NCBI RefSeq assembly: GCF_000143415.4
Contig: NW_003314320.1
Span: forward strand, 618,586-682,585
Direction of reading: 5' to 3'
Origin: Selaginella moellendorffii
Lineage: Eukaryota > Plantae > Lycopodiophyta
DNA length: 64,000 nucleotides
Shown here: positions 42,850-56,611 of the stretch, one piece after another
Position numbering within the stretch: the stretch's first letter is position 1
Layout: every line of letters begins with the position of its first letter
Translations under genes and position numbers: made by a program
The notes under the pieces: generated by a model
The model's input: only the letters and a program-made list of their open reading frames with translations
Told to the model about the DNA's origin: nothing
Databases searched by the model: none

Positions 42850-44823
42850 ATGGAGAGCTCATGCGGTGGCATCGAGGGCGGCATGAGAAATTGTAGCATC
42901 AGCGCTGGCGATCACGGTAAGGTGAGCGATGGCACGGCCTCGGCGAGCGATTCCAAGTCGAGCGGCTCCAAGGCGAGCGGCGCTGCGAAATCCAGCGCCC
43001 GGGGGTGCGGCGGTGGGATTGGGGGCGAGAGCGCCAAGAGCAGCGAGAGCCGGGGCTCTAACAGCAGCGCCGTGAGCGACAGCAACGATAGCAGCTGTAG
43101 CTCCTTCAGTGGCAACAGCAACAAGCCTCACAAGGCGAATGACAAGCGCTGGGAGGCGATCCAGGTTGCGAGAACTCGCGAGGGATTGCTGGGTCTCAGC
43201 CACTTCCGGCTGCTCAAGAGGCTCGGGTGTGGCGACATTGGCAGCGTCTATCTCGCGGAGCTGCGATCTACCAGCTGCTACTTTGCGATGAAGGTCATGG
43301 ACAAGGGATCGCTGGCTAGCAGGAAGAAGGTGCTGAGAGCCCAGACCGAGAAGGAGATACTCTCCTTGCTGGATCATCCATTTCTTCCCACGCTCTACAC
43401 ACACTTCGAGACGGACAAGTTCTCGTGCCTAGTGATGGAGTTTTGCACTGGCGGGGACTTGCACACCTTGCGCCAGCGGCAACCAAACAAGCACTTTACG
43501 GAACAAGCTGCGAGGTAAAGTACTTTTTTTCTTGCGAAAGTTTCGATTTTGATTGCTGTTCTGGCTGAGAAACTGGAACTTCGAAGCTTCCAGCTCTTTT
43601 GGAAAGAGTGGAAGAGCATGGAAGTTTTGTGCTTGCCGGTTGGATTTTTCTTTCGGAGATGCTAGCTTTGAAACTGGAACTTTGAAGCGTCCAGCACTTT
43701 CGGAAAGACTGGAAGAGCATTGCTCGTTTGGAAGTTTTGTGCATGCCTGCCAGTTTGGATTTTTCTTTCGGAGGTGCTAAAACTGGAACTTTGAAGCTTC
43801 CAGCTCTTTTGGAAAGAGTTGAAGAGCATTGCTCGTTTGGAACTTTGGTGCTTGGCTGCCAGTTTTACTTCGTATCGGGTGACTGACAACTAGTTCGTTT
43901 GATCACACAGATTCTATGCCTCGGAAGTTCTTCTGGCACTGGAGTACCTCCATATGCTCGGGATCGTGTACAGGGACTTAAAGCCGGAGAACGTCCTGGT
44001 GAGAGAAGACGGCCACATAATGCTGTCCGACTTCGACTTGTCACTCCGCTGCGTGGTGAGCCCGACTCTCGTCAAGTCTGCTGCCTTGGACGGCGATCCT
44101 CTCCGGCGGCTGCCACTCTACTGCGTCCAGCCATCCTGCGTCCAGCCGGCGTGCATCCAGCCAGTGTGCGCGCAGCCATCGTGTTTTCTCCCCAGGCTCC
44201 TCCCGCAGATCTCCAAGAAAGGCCGGAAGTCGAAGAACGACGTCGGGAACCAAGTGAGCCCGCTGCCCGAGCTCGTAGCCGAGCCGACTGGAGCGAGGTC
44301 CATGTCCTTCGTCGGCACTCACGAGTATCTGGCTCCGGAGATCATCAAAGGCGAGGGGCACGGGAGTGCTGTGGACTGGTGGACTTTCGGGATTTTTCTC
44401 TACGAGCTTCTGCACGGAAAGACGCCGTTCAAAGGCACAGGCAACCGCGCGACGCTGTTCAACGTTGTTGGCCAGCCGCTCAAGTTTCCAGAGGCGTCCG
44501 AGGTGGGATTCCCGGCGAGAGACTTGATCCGGGGGCTGCTCGTCAAGGACCCGCAGCACAGGCTGGGATCCAAGCGCGGTGCTACGGAGATCAAGCAGCA
44601 TCCTTTCTTTGAAGGCGTCAACTGGGCCTTGATCCGATCGACCGCTCCTCCGGAAGTTCCCAGGCCGTTTGAGCCGGAAGTTGTGCGATCGACTTCCACT
44701 GCTCAAGCTGTATCAGGGGAGAAATCTGGAGGAACAGGGACAGGGGCAGGGACAGGGACTGGAGGAGCAGCCAAAGGCGACTCGAATGGATCGAGCGCTT
44801 ATCTCGACTTCGATTTTTTCTAG
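42850..44823 (+). CDS. D6PK: AGCVIII Ser/Thr kinase, D6PK-like (intron 43515-43910)
   Basis: [13 protein letters not shown]; [11 protein letters not shown]; DFD in place of DFG; insert with [21 protein letters not shown] and a basic patch; [14 protein letters not shown]; C-terminal FDFF. Confidence 0.93.
43570..43866. repeat. Three-copy ~101-109 bp tandem repeat in the D6PK intron
   Basis: AAACTGGAACTT(C/T)GAAGC starts at 43570, 43671 and 43780, with conserved downstream sequence. Confidence 0.92.
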
Positions 44824-45975
44824 CGGCATCATGCTGGAAAAGGTAGAAAAAACCACTTTTTTCTCTCTAGCAGCATCGGCAGTGGCAGCAGCAGCAGCAG
44901 CAGCAGCGATTTTTATTTATAGTTCTATAAATTTGGATCGATCGAAGAACAAGGAGACGATTGACGAAGCTGGTGTTGCTTGTAGGTGAAAAAAACGAAA
45001 GAAAAAAAATCCCAGGCGTGACACGGAAGTGACTTGCTCGTTGTCTCCTTTGTTCTTGCTTTCTCTTGATCTCTACGCTCTCTATTCAGGTGTATATTAT
45101 ATAGTGATCTCTCCAAAGGCGGCAGTACTTCCATTTATACCAAGACGCCTCTTCCGGGAACTTGGGAAGAACAAGGAAAAAAAAAAATAATCAATCTTTG
45201 TCAAAAGCTTGGTGGTTTGTACCTTGGTGAAAATCAGATTTTTTTACTCGTGGTGTCGGTAGAAGTATACGGTGGGAGAGATCGAGATGTTTGCTGGTCC
45301 CTTTGTGTGCTTTGCAGGATCTTGTCCCGGCACTGTTTGCTAGCTGCGCGAATGGCAGACCATGTGGTGCGGGCGGAATATTCGACAGGCGGTGACGGAA
45401 TATTTAGACGGGGATGGATATTCCGGTTACCTACGAGGAGGGACACTGTTCTTGATTATCGTCTCTCAAAGCACACGAGAAGATGGATGGAAGGCGCGAT
45501 TTGCCAACAATGGGGGAGCTTCCAGGCGATGGTGCGTAGGGTTGCTTCTCGGCAGCGAGGCGGCGGAGCTAGCATCGATTGTCCGGTGAGCGCTGCGTCG
45601 GTCTAGGCTGGGAGCGATCGATATAGCGCCTTGCGCTTAGGGCTTTTGGACGAATTTGTGGGAATTCCTGGCGAATTCCTGGCAGCGGCTAGGCAGCGGC
45701 TTGTGGTTGGGAAATTTCGGTAGCGCAGCTCTTAGCTAGCAGGGATTTCCAGCACCGAGCGGGAGTTTTAGAACAGGTGATGAGAAATCTTGTGGCAGTG
45801 GCGCGATGTGGGATCGGGATAGAATCACCAGCGGCGGCTAGGCAGGAAAATCTCTGGGAAATATTGCATGGGATGGAGTGGCGGCTCGCGGCGCGTTTTA
45901 TAATGCCTTGAGAAGAGCCGGGTTTAATTTTTCTTTCCTCTCTTCCTACGTCTATGGAGGTTTTGTCCACACGAC

Positions 45976-48900
45976 ATGGATGATATGGAAGCAAGCGAAG
46001 CATCTTCCACTCCAGGTAACAGCGAGCCGCCGGAGCAACGCTCGTTTCTTGCGCAGACCACTGAAGAAGTTGCCAGAGCCGCCGTAGCGGCCGCTGCCGC
46101 GATCAGGCCTCGACCATCCATTGTGGTTTCGTCCAGGCATCCGGTTGATAGCAGCAGTGCGTTCCAGAACAACAATAGCTTTAACAAATGGAGGCGCCAG
46201 CTTCAAAAGGTGTGGAAGTGGGGCTTGTACCCGCGTGAAGGTGGCAAGAAGAGCTCTTTCAATCCAGAGCTGCTGACCAAACAAAAGCGCCAGTGGATCG
46301 AGCTGCAGCTTCAAGCGTTGGTAAAGCAAAAGCTCTTGGATTGTCTCTCTTTTTGACGCATTGCTGCAGGAGAAGAAGCAGAAGAAGGAACCAACCAGCA
46401 TCTTTGAGCATTTTGTGGTGGTCGGCTTGCATCCCGAGACTAATGTGGAGGTTGTGGAGGCCGCGTTTGCGAAGAAGAAGGCCTGGGAGAGGAATGTGGA
46501 GAAAGCTGAGCGGCTGAGCGAGGCCGATCGGCAGTATCGCGGTGCTCCGGCTCCTACGTTGGAGCCTCAAGTAGGTGATTATTGTTTTCATGCATCTCGT
46601 TTGCTTACGTATCGATTTTGAGATTGCAGGTACTCTTCAAGTATCCTCCAGGGAAACGTCTACCTTTAAGAACCAAAGATCTCCCATCGTTTTGCTTCCC
46701 GAGTGGTGTCGAAGTACGTGCGTATAGTAAGCTTGCCTAGCTGTGACTGAACGAACTCTTTGATTGCCTGTAGGCCAAAGTCGTTGAGCGGACCCCTTCC
46801 ATGAGCGATTTGAACGAGGTCGTTTATGGACAGGTACTGAGACTTTTTGTTCTTTCAGTTTTATTCACTTTTATCATTTGCAGGACCATCAGGTGCGAGA
46901 TGATCTGTCTTTCGTTTTTGTTCTCAAGGTGTGTAAAAGCTCTCTCAATCATAAAAAGCTACATCGTATTAAGTTTGCAGGTAGCAGATAATGCAACGCT
47001 TTATGGAATCTGCATTTTCGTTCGCGAGATTGTTCAAAGGGCGCCAGGATTTTTTTCAGTAAACACGCCCTTATCGTCGTCCAGGTTGACGCGAAGCCGG
47101 TTTCTGGTCTCCGCACCCCGATGCTACTGCATTCTCACGAAGCTTCCTTTTTTCCACCTACATTTTGAAGTATTGCAGAGGTACGTGCTAAAAGAGCGAG
47201 TGCTCTACGATTGCTAATGGTTTTTTCTTCTCTGGCAGTATTATTGCACAGGAGCGGCTTGATCGGATCAACCAATGTGTTAGCGAAATGAAGATATCCG
47301 ACTACGTGCCTCCACTTGTTAAGCTCGGAAGTAAGGCAAATGGGAAAGCCAATTCCCCAAGGGATGACGATGAGGACGGCTGGATGGAGAGTGCAATTCC
47401 CGTCGAAGACGTTCTAGGGGCAACAGCAGCAGCTGCGGGCTTGATTTCCGAGAGCGAGATGAACTCATTTTCTTCTCTGAAGCACTCTAGCTTCTCCGAG
47501 AGAGACACTGAGTCGGGAGAAAGTGCTGAGATTTGTGCGACTGCCGAGAGTAGAGAATCAAACGGGCATATGGTGGAACAGAATGAGTCAGAGTTGCAAG
47601 CGTCTTCGCCAGATGATGTCCTTGCGAGCAGTACTGTGGATACGCCTCCGTCACACCGTGGCCATGAACGAGCTGAAAGCTCCGACTCCATTTACAGGTA
47701 CGCCGTGCAAACACGTTCTAATGATGTACGTCTCACTCGTACTTTTACTGTGGCAGTGTTGTGGAAAGCTGTACTCAAAGCCTGGATTCTGACGAAGAAA
47801 ATTGCGAGACAAGCGGTTTGGGTCAGGATGACATCGGTGTAGACTCTGTTTTCAAATGGGCCGAGGTGCTATCAGTTGTTTTCATTTATCTTATATTTTA
47901 CATGTTCTTCTCTTTTCGCCTTCAGGAAAATAACTGTGACGCGTTGCGTATAATCTGTATGTATTACCACCTTCCAGTACCTCCCAGAGGCAGTCCGGTG
48001 TTTTTCCGGCCTCTCGACCATCTACAACCTTTGAACTTTGTCAGACCTCGGGAAGCAACCGACGATCCAGATGGATCGAAGAGCGGCCTGGAGCTAGCTG
48101 AGGTAACAGTGTTTTATAGTTTCATCTGATTCTAAACCTTGGACGCGTTCAATATAGGCCCACGAAACTGCAGCGGCGGAAGAAGAGGCCATTCTACTGT
48201 CGCTGTGGACTGTGTCTACCGTGTGCAGATCACTCTCCCTTGATACCGTGGGTTTATTTGATACCCAGTGCTTGCAGTGCTATCTAACTGTTTTTCTTGG
48301 CAGATACTCTCTATGGTTGCTGGAGCTTTACTCGAGAGACAAATGGTGGTTGTTTGTCCGAACGTTGTAAGTGGCATGGATTTATTTGCAACAGTTTCTC
48401 AGGTTTTGTCTGCCGCAGGGCATTTTATGTGCAGTTGTACTCTCCATAATCCCCATGCTGAGACCATTTCAATGGCAGAGTCTACTGCTGCCGGTAAGTT
48501 TTAATTACGTCATGCCCGTTATCCCGAGCTTTGGCACAGGTACTTCCATATAAAATGCTGGACTTTCTCGACGCCCCGGTGCCTTTTGTAGTAAGTCATT
48601 ACCTCTGTTTACATCTATTGGTGGTAGTGACTATAACTTCTCCAGGTTGGCGTCCAACACAAAAGCTCTGAAGTGCGCTCCAAAATTTCCAACTTGATGC
48701 GTGTGAATGTATATAAGAACCAGGTATAAGCTACTGCGTTTGATGCTCTCTTGGCTGAAAGCTTCCTTTCGTTCAGGTGACTGTGTCTTACTTGCCTCAG
48801 TTGCCGAGACAGAGAGAGCTGGTAGCGGCACTGGAAACGTATCACTCCGAGCTCGCGGCTGTGGACTTTAAAGCAAAGAGACATCCAGTCCACGAGTACA

Positions 48901-49314
48901 CGGAATCACAGGTAGTTTGCTCCGGTTGGTGCGACTGAACGAGAGATGGTTTCGGCATTGCAGGCACAGGCAGCGGATGGCTTTTTGAAGACTCTTAGAA
49001 GCTACTTAGAATCGCTATGCGCGGACGTGCGCGCTCACACGATCACAAACGTTCAATCTAATAACGACCGAGTAAGTCTCTCCGGCTTGTTGTATCATCT
49101 AACGACGCATATCCCGTCCAGGTCTCGTTGCTTTTGAAGGAGAGTTTTATTGATTCCTTCCCCAGCCGAGATCGTCCTTTTATCAAGGTAACACAAGATA
49201 GTACTTACTACAGTTTTCACAAGAAAACTAAAAGCTCGTTCTACTACTTCGCAGCTGTTCGCTGATACTCAACTCTTTTCGGTACATACTGACGCCGTTC
49301 TATCGAGCTTTTGA
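45976..49314 (+). CDS. DENN domain protein (putative Rab GEF)
   Basis: FEHFVVVGLHP; LPSFCFPSGVE; VADNATLYGIC; SAPRCYCILTKLPFF; LRPFQWQSLLLP; LDAPVPFVVG; FADTQLFSV. Confidence 0.92.
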
Positions 49315-49504
49315 TAAGTGTACACTGGCAGGCTTGTAATTTTTTTCTTTCTTTCTTGGTTCCCTCACACTTTTATCCAGCTGACGGGGTGTATCTACAT
49401 ATAAAAGAGAAACTTTTGAGACAAAAATAGCCACTCATATAGTAAGTTAATAGTTTTACAAAACGGAGAAAAAAGAAGAAAAAATTCACCCAGTTTGGCG
49501 GAGT

Positions 49505-50522
<1,018 letters not shown>

Positions 50523-50577
50523 CGCTCGCGCCTCGCGCTCTTCTTTCTAGGGCTCCTGGCAAAAACCCGAGCAAAGA

Positions 50578-50656
50578 AATCGCCACCGTCGGTTCTCGTG
50601 CAATCCCAGCCGTCAATCGCCCAACGGTCGAGATTTTCTCAATCACAGCCGTCGGA
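50578..50656. promoter_or_regulatory. Cluster of four AATC-N3/4-RCCGTY (MSA/ACGG-like) promoter motifs
   Basis: AATCGCCACCGTCG 50578, AATCCCAGCCGTCA 50602, CCAACGGTCGAGATT 50621 (reverse), AATCACAGCCGTCG 50641. Confidence 0.6.
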
Positions 50657-50709
50657 CACCAACAGCCACGATATCCCTTGTACAAAACAACGAGCGAGAA
50701 AATTTGTAT

Positions 50710-52897
50710 TTAGACCGCTTTCACAGTGAGGCCGCTGGGATGGTGGTGGTAGACTTCGTCCCTGGAAGGCATTTCCAAGCAACAATTAGCTCCCTGAAGC
50801 CCACCTTGGAGGACGCTACTGGAGCTATAGTCGACGTTCATGCTAAACGCTCCAACGCTTCCGTGCGATGAGCAGTCTGTCAATGCCGGCGAGAATGGCC
50901 TCGAGTTGTCTTGGACAGCAAGCTGCTGAAGCCTCGATCTCGCAAGCTTCGATGCCAATTCACCGTCCCCTACCTGTGGTTGTGTTTTTCGAGCACGGAG
51001 TGAGGAGGCAGTCGAGAAAAATGAGAGCTTTACCTTGTTGAGAGCTGCCATTTCCACGTCTCGAGCCGTCACTCCCCGCTTGACACGGTCCCGGACTTGC
51101 GTGCGTCTCAACGTCTTGAGCTCCTCCTCCAAGCCGACCTTTTCGCTCTTGAGCTTGTTGATCTCCATCAAGAGCTGGTTCACCGTGTTCATCAAATCCA
51201 TCTTTTCTGGTGGTATGCGGCCGTTGCGTGGTTGCCGGACCAAGAACTGGATATATAAAACACGAAGCTCGCTCAGAGAGATGGACAATCAAAAGAGAGA
51301 AAGAGAAAAAAGCTTTGTACCTTTTGGTTGAGCTTCAAAGTTTCGAGCTCTGTTCGGGCTTTCTCGTTATCCTGTGGTGCCAGAAAAGCAAATAAGAACG
51401 CGATGAAAACCAAAGAGCAAATTCTGGAAATAAACAGCAAACCTTCCGCAGTTGGAAAACTTGAGAAACCAGCTGAGATCGCGCACTGGATTCCTCCTTG
51501 AGGCTGGCTTCTAGCATGGCCCTGGATGCCTCGACAGAATGGAGCTTGTCTTGCAAAGCTGTTAGCTCCTTCTGGACTTCCATAAGCCGTCCTTGACCTT
51601 GTTGCTCTTCCGTTTCATACATTTTTAGCTTAGATTTTAATTGCTGCACTTCGGCATTGAAGAGTTTCTGTAGAGCACAACAACGTCACGTTCTCGTTGA
51701 ATAAGAACAAAGAATGTTTCTGGTAGACAGATAGCAAATAGAAACAAAAACAGACAGTACGCACCTGCAAGGACTGTAACTCTTGGCGAAGTAAATGCTT
51801 CTCAAATCCAGCCTCGTCACCGCTAGGCACAGCTTGGCCCGTTGGCTGCTTCTTATCCCGCGTCAGCTGCATCTCGTTGCGCAACTCCTCATTCTCTTGT
51901 TTCAACTGCGATCCCCCATTAACGGCAACGTCAAAATCTATCAAGCACACAGGAAACAAAGCTATAAACTAAAGACCTTTCCGCGAATGAGAACGAGTGT
52001 GTCGTTCTTTGCGTCCACAATCACCCTTAATAAAGTCAAGCTGTTCTCCAATCTCGTCAGCTGCAAGGGAAAAAAAACAAGTCATACACAGTACGTGAGC
52101 ATCAACCTGTGATCTTATCTATATCTCTCCTTTTGCTTGCACAAGAGAAAAAAAAAAATCAAAATTCTCGTACCTGTTGCATGATAAGTCTGCCCTCTCC
52201 AGAATCTGGTGCTACTTTTTGCGGCAACTTGCCGACTTCAAAACCGGAAGGCTTAAAAGTAGGAAGAACGTGTCGTTGGAAGCTGTCCACGGAATCCGCG
52301 AGGCTGCTGACAATCGCTGTGCTCTTGCACAGAGCCTCCTCCAAACTCCGGATGTGGTCGGCCATTCGAGACTCTTGAGAGCCGGCGTTGTGCCTGGCCT
52401 CCTCGAACGCACGCAGCGCCTCCTCCTTCTGTATGTGCAGTTCATCCCTCTCGTTGATCACCTCCCGCAGCTGCGCCGACGTGCCTTGCAACAGTGACTT
52501 GAGCTGCTCCACCTCGCACTTGAGCTGCGAAGTTTGCGACTGGACGAGTGATGACACCTCCGCGTCACGGTGCTGTCGCAGCCTCTGGAGCTCAATCCTC
52601 TGAAATGAGAGAAAACGAATCACTCCTTAAAAGTAGCTACTTGAAAGAAGAAAAGCTCACAGCAAACTTGTAAAGTACCTGGTTTTTCTCCCTGGCGATG
52701 ACATCGTTAAGCTGGCACCTCAACAAATCGTTCTCGTTCCTCAGCGACTGGGACAACACGCTTTCGACGTCTGTTAACTTGGGCTGGACTTTCTTCTGCA
52801 AATCCAATCGTGTCACCAAAAAAATAAAAATCCAAAATGTGGCACTCACATCTGGTGTAGATGATCTGTCGCCAACAACACTCCGATTTCCATCCAT
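50710..52897 (-). CDS. Uncharacterised multi-exon coiled-coil protein (start uncertain, may extend to ~53015)
   Basis: Consecutive GT-AG-bounded exons with heptad-rich sequence (LKCEVEQLKSLLQ, LKQENEELRNEMQL, LLMEINKLKSEKVGLEEEL). Confidence 0.7.
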
Positions 52898-54405
52898 GTC
52901 TGCATCAAAACAATCGTCAGGATCCAGCACCACTCACGCTAAAATACATTTTTTCCTTCTCTCCTCGTGGATGGGAGCAAAGCAAACTAGGAGGAGGAAT
53001 TACACATAGGCGACATGATCCGCCCACTGGGAAAAAAACCGAACTTACGCTGTGTGCCCTAAACCTATTTTACCGGTTAGGGCAAAAGTGGGCGCGCCGG
53101 AAGAGCGCCGCAACCTCATGGATCCACAATGCGCGGCGCCGAGGAGGAGGAGAATCGAGAAAAACTCTGCCCTGATTCATCGCGGTGATTGACCGAGCAA
53201 TCGATCGCGCCGGCCACAGCGCGAAACTCTTTTTCTCCCGTTCTAGCCCTAAAATAAATTCGGACCCCCTTTCGCGCGCTAGAGCAAAGGGGTCGCTCGA
53301 TCGAATCCTGCCACTGCCTGCCGTAAAAAGAATGAAAGTTACAGTTACGGTCGGGGCATAGTTGAAAGAATCTAGGTTAGCGTGTCACCGAATATGCCCT
53401 CCCCCGAGGAAGAGGAGAGAATCGCAGAGAGAGGGGGGCGGGGAGGGGGAAATTGTATCCTCGGGAACTCTGAATCGCGGCAATGGAATCCAAGGCGCGA
53501 GTAGTAATTCCATCCTCCTCTTCTCTCTCCCTCCTCCCCTCCTCTCTCTCGCTCGGCCGGAGGAATATATAGAGGGGATGAGGGCTTGGATTCGTTTCGC
53601 GATGCCCTACGGCAATTCCTCGCGCGCTTGTTCTTCCTGTTCTCCTTCGTGTTCTTGCGCTAGATCGGCGCTGCGATAGCAAGAATTGGGGTGACAATCG
53701 GCAATGCGGGAAACAGAGTGGGGTGTTTGACCACCGCTCTCCTCTCTCTTTTTTATTCCTTGATTGATCCCCTCTCCTCTCGCTTTCTCACAATATCACG
53801 GCAGCTGGGTCCGTGATCCACGGCGGCCTCCTCTAGCGCGTCGATTTCGTGTGGCCGGCCAGCGCAATTCTCCCTCTCCCCCTTCCAATCGCGCCATTGG
53901 GGTTCTTGGTGGAATTTCTCGCCATTGCTGTTCTTGCGCTAATGGTTATCATCGAGCAACGCGTCTCTTCTATGTCACCGTGGAGGCCAGATCGTCGCGG
54001 CTCAAGAATTGGTAGCTTCAGATCTCCCAGGATCCAGGGATCATCGCCACAATTCCAGGTAAATCACTGAGACTTCTTGTTTAGAGAATCTACACGTACC
54101 ACCACTACTACTACTACTACTGCTACTGCTCCGGCTACTACTTCTCCGCCGAGAATTTTTTTCTTCGATCGACTGCATCATCCTTCTTCATCAGCCATAC
54201 ATACAGTCTCGTCGGTTGAGTCGGCCCATCAGAAACTAGAAATTCTTCGCCAGCCATCGCAGATCTTCTCACCAGCCAGTCCAAAAATACTTCCTTACGC
54301 CTCCCAAAAATTTAACGCGCAGAGAATCATTCAAGTCCGACCGCTACAGATCAAATTCTTCTTCTTCCCGAGAGTCAAGTTCTATAAAGAGCTCCCCTTG
54401 AAACG

Positions 54406-56611
54406 ATGGATTGTGAATCCATCAAGCAAATGGAAGCTCTCTTAGAACAAGGTAAAGTTTCTCCAGTCTCTCGCAGGCACAGTTCTCTCTTCTGGTTCCA
54501 CGAGAGTTCTTCTTTCCTTTTTGTTCTTGATAGATTCTAAGTTTCTTAGGACAGTGCTTGGTGGTTGTTCTAATGGCTATTTTTTTTCTTGCTCTCCGTT
54601 TTGTTTATTAGATTCTCGTCAACTTAACTAACACTTTGCTTTGATCGCATGATACGTTTCCTGGGCGGTGTTTGTAGCCGATGAGCCTCTCCAGCGATCT
54701 TTCCAGGTGACTTCAAACTTTTGCGAGATTGGCCCATGCAAGAGTTGTCTTTTTTGCTTCTTCTTCTTGCCTGAGCTTCGACTTCTCGTGTGGATGGATT
54801 CGCGTGTTAAGTGTCTTTCCTTGGAGCACAGCGACTTTTTTCCTTTGAATCTAGAAACGTGTTGCTTCCCTTTCCTGTATGTTTGTGTTTGTTTCCTTTT
54901 TTTCCTCTCTTTCTAATTTGTGTACGCGTGGTGGGGACTGTTTGGAAGCTCTTATGGTGGAATCGATTTTTTTCCGAGTGATGGGATTCGTTTCTTGACT
55001 GACTTCTTACAAAACCAAAAAGTTTCTGGGTGGACTTCTCACTCATGCTTTTACGTGTATCAGAATATGCATCAAGGATTCAAGGAAAATAATCTGGAGC
55101 GCTTTCTGCGAGCGCGGGAAGGCAATGTCGTCAAAGCCAACAAGATGGTAAACGTCATCGCTGTCAGTGAGTTCGATGCTAACTTGTTCGTGACAATCCC
55201 AGCTTGTGGATTCCTTAAATTGGAGAGTAAGCAACGACATCGACGACATTCTCTCTGTAAGCATTCTGATTTCCATTCGTCCATTCATTTCTCGGTTAAG
55301 TAAGGTCGTTGTTTGAGCTTTTTTCTCCTTTTCCTAGAAACCGATTGAGCCGAAAGAATTGTACGATGCAATCCGAGAATCACAGCTTGTTGGCATGTCC
55401 GGATTCGACAAGCAGGTAACTTTCAATCGTGAAAGTTCTTTAGTTTTTTTCCCGGATCATGTGGATAATCCAGATCCCGAGATTCTTTTCAGGGTAGACC
55501 TGTCTTTGCTATCGGAGTAGGACATAGTGGCTACGATAGAGCACCGGTGAGTTTTCTCTGAGCCAAAAAGCTGTCGAAAATTTCTCCTAAAGTTTTTAAC
55601 TCCGGGATTTCTTGTCCAGCTTGACAAGTATGTACAATCGCACATTCAGATTAACGAATACCGTGACCGTGTTGTTCTTGTAAGTTTTTCAATGCTCCTC
55701 TTGTATTTTCCTTTTGTTTCTTCTCAAGTAGTTCTAAACCTTTTTTTCACTTTTGTCAACACATCCAGCCAGCTGCGTCAAGGCAATTGGGACGATACGT
55801 AGGCTCGTGTTTGAAGATTCTTGACATGACTGGCCTCAAGCTATCAGCTTTGAACCGGATCAAGGTAGGTTTTCTAATTCTTTTTTTGCCTGATATCATA
55901 TACAATCCTTCTCCAGATCTTGACGGTCATTTCAACCATCGATGATCTAAACTATCCCGAGAAAACGGACGCGTACTACATTGTCAATGCTCCTTACGTT
56001 TTCACTGCGTGCTGGAAGGTAAACAACTTAAATTCTCTTCTAAGTTAAGTTGTTCCCTTCATCGTCTGGTAGGCTGTCAAACCATTGCTGCAAGAACGCA
56101 CGAAGAAAAAGATCAAAGTTTTGCAAGGCTCGGGTAGAGAAGAGCTCCTTAAGGTGACGGTTTTCTCCATTAAGTTAAGGAGTTCTCCAAACGATATTTA
56201 CCATTTTTTTTTTTCTCGACTTTGCAGGTCATGGATGCGAGTGTCATTCCGGAGTTTTGCCGGCCATCCAAAGAATCGAGAGGGAAAACCACGCCGATAG
56301 AGCCCAGCACTAGCTGCTTCTCATCGTCACATCCTTTCCACATAGAGCTATGGAGCTACATCAAGCAGCGAGCTCTCGAGTCCCAATCAAGGAAGTGTGG
56401 GCCAGCTCCAACTCTCTCTTTTCACGTGAAAGTCCCAGACAAAGCCTCGGAGGGGAGCTCGGAAGTCGTCCAGATCATCGAGTCGACGTTAGAGCACTTA
56501 AATCTGGACGAGGATGGTAGCGTTAGTGGTAATGGTAGCACCAGCGGCAGTAACCATGGTAGCAGCCACCATGGTACCGACGACGAAGCAAGCAGCAAAG
56601 CTCGAGAGTGA
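54406..56611 (+). CDS. SEC14: SEC14/CRAL-TRIO lipid-transfer protein
   Basis: NLERFLRAREGNVVKANKML; GRPVFAIGVG; YVQSHIQINEYRD; KILDMTGLKLSAL; DDLNYPEKTDAYYIVNAPYVFTACWK; LQERTKKKIKVL. Confidence 0.93.

Noticed and set aside
43570-43866. CRISPR-like array (palindromic repeats)
   Set aside because: Eukaryotic intron; the intervening sequences are themselves repeats rather than unique spacers, and there are no cas genes.
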